The translations under genes were made by a program, and so were the position numbers. Under the pieces are notes generated by a model. That model ran no database searches. It was not told where the DNA came from and saw nothing but the letters and a program-made list of their open reading frames with translations. Positions 1 to 7,680 of a stretch of DNA of 64,000 nucleotides are shown in pieces; position 1 is the first letter of the stretch; every line of letters begins with the position of its first letter. The DNA comes from an uncultured delta proteobacterium (lineage in GTDB: Bacteria > Desulfobacterota > WTBG01 > CAIYCZ01 > CAIRTM01), in assembly GCA_963804955.1 (NCBI GenBank), contig CAWDSQ010000036.1, forward strand, positions 1-64,000. The letters are read 5' to 3'.

Positions 1-1461
1 TGCAGCAGGAGCGCTACCGTCTATGAGGTTTGAACCCTTTCCACCCATGATATGATATTTCTGTTTCGTCACAGAGGTAGTGGTGGTCGAAGTCGCCGGT
101 ACAGTGCTTGTCGTTGTTGACGAACTGGTCGATGTGGTTGCCGGTATGCTCGTTGTCGGCACTGTCGTCGTCGGCAGCGTACTGGTCGTTGATGTCGTTG
201 GTACCGTGGTTGCCGGCACTGTCGTCGTTGCAGCCGTGCTCGTTGTTGAGATGCTGTCGTACGGGGTAAACCTGATCCAGTCAATTTGATATATACATTC
301 AACGCCAGACGCAGGAGGGCCATTTATCCAGCTTGTTGCAGACCAGGCATTTAATTTCAATTGATATAATTTGTCTATGAATGGATATGGTGCTGCATAG
401 GTATAGGTTAACAGGTTTATGCCGTCAACAAACCAGCTTATGTGTGTTGGCGTTATATCAAAGCCCCAGACATGAAAATCATCGGACGGGTTAAAATTCA
501 AGGGTATGTCAGGATTGGTTTGAAAGCTCGATGCGCCGTTTGCATGCACAGCAAAGTGAACCTTTCCGGCAGAATCGGTAAACGTATAGGTCAGAAACTC
601 TATATCAATCTCCTGCTGGGTTTGGATTGCGCCCGCATCGGCGATCCAGTCAATTGTATAGAATGAGTTGAGAATGCCGGGGACAGAAGAAGGCTTTATG
701 CGTGCTTCCCATTTTCCATAGCCAAACTCCTGCCGGGTTTGAATCGCCGAACTGAGATAGGTTCCAGCATCGTTTATAAATACTAAATTTAAAAATCCGT
801 CCTGCGCATAACACCGTGCACGTCCTGTCTGCCCGCCATGCTCGACCCATGTGGCGATTTGCCATATCGTTTCATTTATAGAATTGAAGTTTTCTACAAA
901 TGACGGAGCACTGGTCGTTGTTGCCGGTATGGTGGTTATCGTGCTGGAGGTTGCCGGCAGCGAGCTTGTCGATGAGCTTGTCGGCACGGTGCTTGTGGTT
1001 GCAACGGAGGTGGACGGGGAGCTTGTCGTTGCCGGGATGCTGGTCGCGGTGCTGGAGGTGGCAGTGCCCGTGCTTGTTGTCGTCGTGCCTGCAGCAGGCA
1101 CCGTATAGGTTACCTCGTTGGAAAAGCCGCTCTGCCCGTAGGCATTGTATGCCTTCAGAGCAAAGTAATAGGTTGTGCCGGATGTGAGCGTTGCAAGTGT
1201 CGTTTGCAGAACATTGCCCGCATCAACTTCGGTCGAGGGATTTGTCAGAACGCTCTGCGTACCATAATATATTTTATAGCCGGTGACAGGATCAGGGCTT
1301 TGATCCCAGGCCAGGGTGACACTGGCAGCCTGGCTGTCGGCGGCGCAGAGCAGGGCGGCAACAAACAGCATGAAACCCAGGCACAGGGAGAAATACTCTT
1401 TTAAGAAAAATGATGTGCGCCGGTTTTCCATGAAAGCCTGCCGCTTCTTGAATTGTTGCAT
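1..1461 (-). CDS. Secreted Fn3 / Thr-rich linker / GH16 glycoside hydrolase / Thr-rich linker / FG-GAP-like protein (paralogue A; runs off the window edge, absent from ORF track)
   Basis: Manual translation from ATG 1461 is stop-free to base 1. It reads signal peptide, Fn3 (VTLAWDQSPDPVTGYKIYYG...YYFALKAYNAYGQSGFSNEV), then a GH16 domain at ~259-900 (YGKWEARIKP, EIDIEFL at 592-612, DDFHVWGFDITPTHISWFVDG, YQIDWIRFTP), then GGKGSNLIDGSAPAA, which opens the shared C-terminal domain. Confidence 0.9.
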   Translation of the reverse strand, partial: MQQFKKRQAFMENRRTSFFLKEYFSLCLGFMLFVAALLCAADSQAASVTLAWDQSPDPVTGYKIYYGTQSVLTNPSTEVDAGNVLQTTLATLTSGTTYYFALKAYNAYGQSGFSNEVTYTVPAAGTTTTSTGTATSSTATSIPATTSSPSTSVATTSTVPTSSSTSSLPATSSTITTIPATTTSAPSFVENFNSINETIWQIATWVEHGGQTGRARCYAQDGFLNLVFINDAGTYLSSAIQTRQEFGYGKWEARIKPSSVPGILNSFYTIDWIADAGAIQTQQEIDIEFLTYTFTDSAGKVHFAVHANGASSFQTNPDIPLNFNPSDDFHVWGFDITPTHISWFVDGINLLTYTYAAPYPFIDKLYQLKLNAWSATSWINGPPASGVECIYQIDWIRFTPYDSISTTSTAATTTVPATTVPTTSTTSTLPTTTVPTTSIPATTSTSSSTTTSTVPATSTTTTSVTKQKYHIMGGKGSNLIDGSAPAA

Positions 1462-1485
1462 GAACCTGATGATAGCGCATCTTTT

Positions 1486-2278
1486 TTAGGCTTTGATGCA
1501 TAGTGCTTTCGACAGCCTGAAGACATTGGGCACGGTTCCCAGGACCGGCAGGCGCAGAATGCGCGCTATTTGCCGCTCCGACTTGAAAGAGGTGTCCAGA
1601 AGCTCCAGAATGCCGATCCAGATAAGCACTGCGGCCAGCCCTGCCGCAAGAAGCAGCACGGTCACCGGCAGCCGTTCGTTCCTCCACAGCGCCTTTTGGC
1701 TCTCTACTGCCAGCCCGCCTTTCAGCTCACTATAGGGCGGCGATTTCGGGATGGCCGGCGCCCTGCCTTCCTGCTGCACCTGCCTGGCCAGCAGCATCTC
1801 CTGCCGCCGTACGCCGTCTTCGGCCTTTTTAACTATTTTTTTAGCATAAAAAGCAGCCAGAAATTCTACCCATCTCCTGATTGACGCCGCTGTAGCTGAT
1901 GCGCAGCGTGTTGTTGCCATAGGACAGAGACAGCGCGCTTTTGATGGCCTGCATCAATTGAGCCTCTGTCATGACGGCAGCGGGCTGTGCCGGCAGCTCC
2001 TTCTGCAGTTCGCGGCTGAGCGTCTGAAGGGTATAGCTGTCCAGAAACAGCTCATCCTGGTGCGCCACGAACCAGTCGATCGACGTGACATCGGAAGGGC
2101 TGTTTGACAGAGCCAGCGGTATATCCGGTGCGATTGTTATTGCCTGAGAAATTTTAAAACGGTCAATTTGCGCGGCTGCGGCGGCAAAATAGATGAATGC
2201 CGGGATCAGGGCAAGGATGAAAAGGCCCCGCTGCGCAGACATTTTATACACATAGCGTTTTATGAAGAAGCTGAACAT
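1486..2278 (-). CDS. Wzz/GumC-like polysaccharide co-polymerase membrane protein (frameshift near 1865-1900)
   Basis: Two ORF halves: an N-terminal TM helix, and a C-terminal TM helix followed by ELLDTSFKSERQIARILRLPVLGTVP, typical of Wzc/CpsC activator tails. Confidence 0.7.
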
Positions 2279-2304
2279 GGCTGTGCCCCCATCTCTAAAA
2301 GGTT

Positions 2305-2964
2305 TTACGACAGCGGATTCTGCCAGTCGTTTATGATGACGCCCAGAATATTGGCCCCTGCGGTTTCCAGGGCGAACTGCGCCTGCTTCACCACCTGGCG
2401 CGAGGTCTTGCCGGCGGCCACGACCAGCGCCACGCCGTCGGCTTTCTGGGCAATCACCAAAGGATCGATCATGCGGCGGTTGGTGGGGAAAATTTTCGAT
2501 GTGTCAATGAAGATGATATCATAGGCCGCCCGGGCCTTATCGAGAAGCTTTTCAGCCAGCTGCTGCTCATCGCCGTTGCGCTGCTCGCCCCAGGCCTGTT
2601 CATTGAGCGCAGGCAGAACGTCCATATGAGCCTCCGCTACATGGTGCACCATGTCTGTTATGGCCGCTCCGTTTTGAGCCCTGGCAGGGTCAAGAAGCTC
2701 TGCGCCGAAAAGCCTGTGCAGCGACGGTGCATGCCAGTTGAGGTCCATGGCAAGCACGCGCTTGCCGGTTTCTTTTGCGGCAAGAGCGGCAAGGCCTGCA
2801 AGCATGGTCGTCTTGCCCTCTCCGGGTTCGGCGCTGGTAACGGCAATGCAAATGTTGCGGCCGTTTTTGCCCCCGGGCATTGACGCTTCAAGAGCGCTAT
2901 AGAGCCGCTTCATTTCGGCGATTTCTGTCAGGACGGAACTGTTGATTGATGTCCCCTCGCTCAT
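2305..2964 (-). CDS. CpsD/CapB family BY-kinase-like P-loop ATPase
   Basis: Walker A TSAEPGEGKTT, A' VLAMDLN, B YDIIFIDT, plus ADGVALVV and ILGVIIN motifs. Confidence 0.85.
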   Translation of the reverse strand: MSEGTSINSSVLTEIAEMKRLYSALEASMPGGKNGRNICIAVTSAEPGEGKTTMLAGLAALAAKETGKRVLAMDLNWHAPSLHRLFGAELLDPARAQNGAAITDMVHHVAEAHMDVLPALNEQAWGEQRNGDEQQLAEKLLDKARAAYDIIFIDTSKIFPTNRRMIDPLVIAQKADGVALVVAAGKTSRQVVKQAQFALETAGANILGVIINDWQNPLS

Positions 2965-3221
2965 GACGGCGCCCCCTTTCTGGGTGTTTTGGTTGGTTAT
3001 GTCGACTGCATGTAAGATGCTATATATTGTTTATATAGAATATAACCTCAGCCGTTTCAATCCTGTAAAAAAGTAAAAAAACAGCGTTCTTGTCGATTCA
3101 GGACAAGCTCGACCGAAAAAAATGCCATAACCTTAATGGGGCTTGAAGAGTGATTTGTGAAAGGAATAGAAATTGATAGCTTATAGTAAAAGCTTGTATA
3201 AGTTTATCATCTTAGGTTCCT

Positions 3222-4876
3222 TTAAAATGTCTCAGGCCTTTTTTTCGAGAGTGACTTTAAGAATAAATCCATTAACCTTGGAAAATTATTTTTTACATCT
3301 TTTATTGCCGGATAGGTTTCGCCGTTGACAATGTTGTAGTCTGCATCAGGCATCTGCAGTCGGGAAATCACGCTGAAATCATGGAGCCCGTCATCACGCA
3401 GCTCCATCATGCCCTGCCCGCCCTGGCCGAAGCCGACGAGAACTTCATCAAGGCCATCACCGTCGATGTCGCCGCAGGAGAGCCTGGTCTCTCCATTCTC
3501 CGGTCTGTAATCAGCAGTTCCTGATTCAAGCCATCTTTTGAAAGTGACCGTGCCCGTACCCGGGCCGTACGAGTATACCGGGATTCTGCCTTCCGAGTTC
3601 GTTCCCAGGCCAAGCAGTATTTCCTCGCGCATCGTGCGATTGATGTCGCCGCATGCAGGGCGGGTTTCGCCGCTGAGGGCATTGTAATCGGGCCAGTCTA
3701 CAAAGCCCCAGGCAAGATGCCCGGCATTGCCCCCGAGCACCTGAAATTTTCCCTCCGGCAGAAAAAAATCATTGGCAGGATACAGGCCCAGAATGATTTC
3801 GTCTTTGCGGTCAAAATCTATGTTGCCGCAGGCCGGGCGAACTCCGCCTCCCGCTGATGCAGTAATCATCCCAGCCGACCTTTATCCATGAGGCATGTAC
3901 AGCTCTTCCGTTTGTGAATTTAAAGACCTCGACCCTGCCGTCGCCATCGACGCCCAGCCCGATGAGAATTTCATCCACGCCGTCGCCGTCGATATCGCCG
4001 CAGGCAGGCCAGGACTCGCCATTGATGCTGTTGTAGCTGCTCCAGTCTATCTGCCCCCAGCCCAGGCTGGTAAAGTCATCATCGAGAATTTGAAATTTTC
4101 CCCCGGGTATTGAGGGATTTCCCTCAACAGGGCCGAGGCCTATTATTATTTCCTCTTTTTTATCGCCGTCGATATCGCCGGTTGCGATGCGCGCCTCGCC
4201 GTTCAGGGCATTGTATTCGTCCCAGCCTACGGAAATTTGAAGGGGGGTGTCGGTAATGTCGAATATTGCAATTGCACCCTGATCGGTAAACACCTGGCCC
4301 GGTTCTGCTGCAGCGCTCTGTTCGCTTTTTGCAGCGGGAGCGCTACCGTCTATGAGGTTTGAACCTTTTCCTCCCAGGACGGTATAGTTCATCTGAATCA
4401 CCGAGGTTGTCGTGGCTGAGATCACCGGCGACGGTGCTTGTCGTTGCCGGGATACTGGTCGCGGTGCTGGAGGTGGCAGTGCCCGTGCTTGTTGTCGTCG
4501 TGCCTGCAGCAGGCACCGTATAGGTTACCTCGTTGGAAAAGCCGCTCTGCCCGTAGGCATTGTATGCCTTCAGAGCAAAGTAATAGGTTGTGCCGGATGT
4601 GAGCGTTGCAAGTGTCGTCTGCAGAACATTGCCCGCATCAACTTCGGTCGAGGGATTTGTCAGAACGCTCTGCGTACCATAATATATTTTATAGCCGGTG
4701 ACAGGATCAGGGCTTTGATCCCAGGCCAGGGTGACACTGGCAGCCTGGCTGTCGGCGGCGCAGAGCAGGGCGGCAACAAACAGCATGAAACCCAGGCACA
4801 GGGAGAAATACTCTTTTAAGAAAAATGATGTGCGCCGGTTTTCCATGAAAGCCTGCCGCTTCTTGAATTGTTGCAT
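3222..4876 (-). CDS. Secreted Fn3 / short Thr-rich / FG-GAP-like repeat protein (paralogue B; frameshifts near 4425 and 3858)
   Basis: ORFs 4343-4891, 3811-4425 and 3222-3869 join into signal peptide + Fn3 + short Thr linker + repeats of ACGDIDGDGxDEIxxGLG. Confidence 0.8.
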
Positions 4877-4887
4877 GAACCTGATGA

Positions 4888-5690
4888 TCACATGTTTTTT
4901 TTATGCTCTGAGCCAATGACTTTCGACAGCTTGAAGACATTGGGCACGGTTCCCAGGACCGGCAGGCGCAGAATGCGCGCTATTTGCCGCTCCGACTTGA
5001 AAGAGGTGTCCAGAAGCTCCAGAATGCCGATCCAGATAAGCACTGCGGCCAGCCCTGCCGCAAGAAGCAGCACGGTCACCGGCAGCCGCTCGTTCCTCCA
5101 CAGCGCCTTTTGGCTCTCTACTGCCAGCCCGCCTTTCAGCTCACTATAGGGCGGCGATTTCGGGATGGCCGGCGCCCTGCCTTCCTGCTGCACCTGCCTG
5201 GCCAGCAGCATCTCCTGCCGCCGTACGCCGTCTTCGGCCTTTTTAACTATTTTTTTAGCATAAAAAGCAGCCAGAAATGCTACCCATCTCCTGATTGTCG
5301 CCGCTGTAGCTGATGCGGAGCGGTCGTTTCCATAGGACATGGTCATTGCGCTTTTGATGGTCTGCAGCCATTGAGCATCCGTCATGACGGCAGCAGGCTG
5401 CGCCGCAGCTGCTTCTGCAGTTCGCGGCTGAGCGTCTGAAGGGTATAGCTGTCCAGAAACAGCTCATCCTGGTGCGCCACGAACCAGTCGATCGACGTGA
5501 CATCGGAAGGGCTGTTTGACAGAGCCAGCGGTATATCCGGTGCGATTGTTATTGCCTGAGAAATTTTAAAACGGTCAATTTGCGCGGCTGCGGCGGCAAA
5601 ATAGATGAATGCCGGGATCAGGGCAAGGATGAAAAGGCCCCGCTGCGCAGACATTTTATACACATAGCGTTTTATGAAGAAGCTGAACAT
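4888..5690 (-). CDS. Wzz/GumC-like membrane protein, copy 2 (frameshifted)
   Basis: ORFs 5382-5690 and 4888-5385 are paralogous to 1486-2278. Confidence 0.7.
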
Positions 5691-5716
5691 GGCTGTGCCC
5701 CCATCTCTAAAAGGTT

Positions 5717-6376
5717 TTACGACAGCGGATTCTGCCAGTCGTTTATGATGACGCCCAGAATATTGGCCCCTGCGGTTTCCAGGGCGAACTGCGCCTGCTT
5801 CACCACCTGGCGCGAGGTCTTGCCGGCGGCCACGACCAGCGCCACGCCGTCGGCTTTCTGGGCAATCACCAAAGGATCGATCATGCGGCGGTTGGTGGGG
5901 AAAATTTTCGATGTGTCAATGAAGATGATATCATATGCCGCCCGGGCCTTATCGAGAAGCTTTTCAGCCAGCTGCTGCTCATCGCCGTTGCGCTGCTCGC
6001 CCCAGGCCTGTTCATTGAGCGCAGGCAGAACGTCCATATGAGCCTCCGCTACATGGTGCACCATGTCTGTTATGGCCGCTCCGTTTTGAGCCCTGGCAGG
6101 GTCAAGAAGCTCTGCGCCGAAAAGCCTGTGCAGCGACGGTGCATGCCAGTTGAGGTCCATGGCAAGCACGCGCTTGCCGGTTTCTTTTGCGGCAAGAGCG
6201 GCAAGGCCTGCAAGCATGGTCGTCTTGCCCTCTCCGGGTTCGGCGCTGGTAACGGCAATGCAGATGTTGCGGCCGTTTTTGCCCCCGGGCATTGACGCTT
6301 CAAGAGCGCTATAGAGCCGCTTCATTTCGGCGATTTCTGTCAGGACGGAACTGTTGATTGATGTCCCCTCGCTCAT
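5717..6376 (-). CDS. CpsD/CapB family BY-kinase-like P-loop ATPase, copy 2
   Basis: Translation identical to 2305-2964. Confidence 0.85.
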   Translation of the reverse strand: MSEGTSINSSVLTEIAEMKRLYSALEASMPGGKNGRNICIAVTSAEPGEGKTTMLAGLAALAAKETGKRVLAMDLNWHAPSLHRLFGAELLDPARAQNGAAITDMVHHVAEAHMDVLPALNEQAWGEQRNGDEQQLAEKLLDKARAAYDIIFIDTSKIFPTNRRMIDPLVIAQKADGVALVVAAGKTSRQVVKQAQFALETAGANILGVIINDWQNPLS

Positions 6377-6756
6377 GAGACTCCCCCGTTTGCATGATCC
6401 GGCTTGTTGTATCGTATAGTATATTCTAGCGCAATCAATGCTCTGGACACAAGATAAGAATTGCTCGTTTTTTTAATGGGCTTCCATCTCTTGACCTGTG
6501 AGGCCTTCCGAAGCCTGCGCGCCTTGATCCCCCGGAACCCGGTTGTAGATGAGCTGTTCTTTAAGAGTCCGATCGAAGCGCAGCAGCGCCTTTATGGCTT
6601 TGTGTTCCTGAAGATGGCTCACCCCGGCCTGAACACTTGATTTGGTTATTGCATTTTGCCATGATATTTTTTAAATCCGGCCGCAGCCGAACTCTGTAGC
6701 CGGTTAATTCTTAAAATAAGCCCATTATTTTTTTTCAAAATACGGCAAAATTTTTT

Positions 6757-6807
6757 TTGCAATTATTTTTTTATATGCTATATACCTAAATAGACGTTTG
6801 TTATACT
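6757..6807 (+). promoter_or_regulatory. Candidate sigma70 promoter(s) for the riboswitch leader
   Basis: TTGCAA (6757) and TGcTATATA; also an extended -10 TGtTATACT (6799-6807) in an AT-rich tract just upstream of aptamer 1. Confidence 0.4.
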
Positions 6808-6834
6808 GTTAAAGCAAAATTGAAAAAGCAGTAC

Positions 6835-6916
6835 AAACCGAAAAAGGCAATCTATTCCGCAAGGGTAGTGCGCAAAGTAACCGGTCCTTACAGGTAAGGA
6901 CAGCGGGACTGCCGGG
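6835..6916 (+). ncRNA. c-di-GMP-I (GEMM-I) riboswitch aptamer 1
   Basis: CCG-AAAAA-GGCAATC-TATTCC-GCAA-GGGTAG-TGCGCAAAG-TAACCGGTCCTTAC..GTAAGGACAGCGGGACTGCCG. It has the GNRA loop, the CGCAAAG junction, the P3 hairpin, and G20/A47/C92 equivalents of Vc2. Confidence 0.9.
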
Positions 6917-6936
6917 AACAATAGGGTGTTTCACGG

Positions 6937-6977
6937 CAGGCCTCTTCTTACCAGTAAGAAGAGGCCTGTTTTATTTT
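6937..6977 (+). terminator. Intrinsic terminator of riboswitch 1
   Basis: 14-bp stem CAGGCCTCTTCTTA/TAAGAAGAGGCCTG followed by TTTTATTTT. Confidence 0.9.
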
Positions 6978-7145
6978 ATACCCGAAGGCAGGGTAATTGC
7001 AGGGACTGCAGCCTCGGTTGAAAATAAATTGTCTCTGCTGAATTTTTGGAGATACAGCCGATTATTTTTTAAGAAGCCTTACAGGCAGTTCAGGGAATCG
7101 ATATTCTTTTTGCAGTTGTGCAGCAAAAAGAGACGCAGCATCGAG

Positions 7146-7226
7146 AACCGAAAAAGGCGAGCTATACCGCAAGGGTAGTGCGCAAAGTTACCGGTCCTTA
7201 CAGATAAGGACAGAGGAACTGCCGGG
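7146..7226 (+). ncRNA. c-di-GMP-I riboswitch aptamer 2
   Basis: Same consensus as aptamer 1, 310 nt downstream. Confidence 0.88.
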
Positions 7227-7248
7227 GTCAAATAGAGTTTTTCACCGG

Positions 7249-7291
7249 CAGGCCTCTTCTTATCACAGTAAGAAGAGGCCTGTTTTGTTTT
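7249..7291 (+). terminator. Intrinsic terminator of riboswitch 2
   Basis: Same 14-bp stem followed by TTTTGTTTT. Confidence 0.9.
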
Positions 7292-7460
7292 ATAGCCGAA
7301 GGCAGAGTGCGTGCAGAGACTTGCAGCCTCGGTTGAAATAAATAAAATCCGCTTAACTTTTTGGAGATACAGCGATTATTTTTTAAAGAAGCCTTACAGG
7401 CAGTTCAGGGAATCGATATTCTTTTTGACAGTTGTGAAGCAAAAAGAGAAGAAGCATCGA

Positions 7461-7541
7461 AACCGAAAAAGGCGAGCTATTCCGCAAGGGTAGTGCGCAA
7501 AGTTACCGGTCCTTACAGATAAGGACAGAGGAACTGCCGGG
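7461..7541 (+). ncRNA. c-di-GMP-I riboswitch aptamer 3
   Basis: Same consensus, 315 nt after aptamer 2. Confidence 0.88.
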
Positions 7542-7562
7542 GTCAAATATAGTTTTCACCGG

Positions 7563-7606
7563 CAGGCCTCTACTTATCTAACCATAAGAAGAGGCCTGTT
7601 TTGTTT
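7563..7606 (+). terminator. Intrinsic terminator of riboswitch 3
   Basis: Stem CAGGCCTCTACTTAT/ATAAGAAGAGGCCTG (one mismatch) followed by TTTTGTTT. Confidence 0.88.
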
Positions 7607-7680
7607 ATAGCCGCAGGAAAGGTTTTCAGGCTTATCAGTGCTAAGGTGAAAAAAGATGCGTGATTATCAAGTGCAGATGT

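Larger units (their letters stand above)
1021..2966. repeat. Copy 1 of ~1.95-kb direct repeat (ATPase + Wzz-like + signal/Fn3 5' end)
   Basis: Near-identical to 4436-6378; similarity ends just upstream of the ATPase start codon. Confidence 0.9.
4436..6378. repeat. Copy 2 of ~1.95-kb direct repeat
   Basis: Near-identical to 1021-2966 (offset ~3.41 kb), with local divergence at ~4890-4935 and ~5275-5415. Confidence 0.9.

Noticed and set aside
6473..6662. Small minus-strand ORF upstream of the ATPase
   Set aside because: About 50 codons with an uncertain start and no recognisable motif; cannot be supported.
6835..7541. 3',3'-cGAMP-sensing (GEMM-Ib) variant as in Geobacter
   Set aside because: The position equivalent to Vc2 G20 is G (AAAAAGGC) and C92 is present in all three aptamers, which predicts c-di-GMP; only a binding assay can fully exclude it.
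6835..7606. CRISPR array
   Set aside because: Units are ~310 nt, the spacers are homologous rather than unique, and no cas genes are present.
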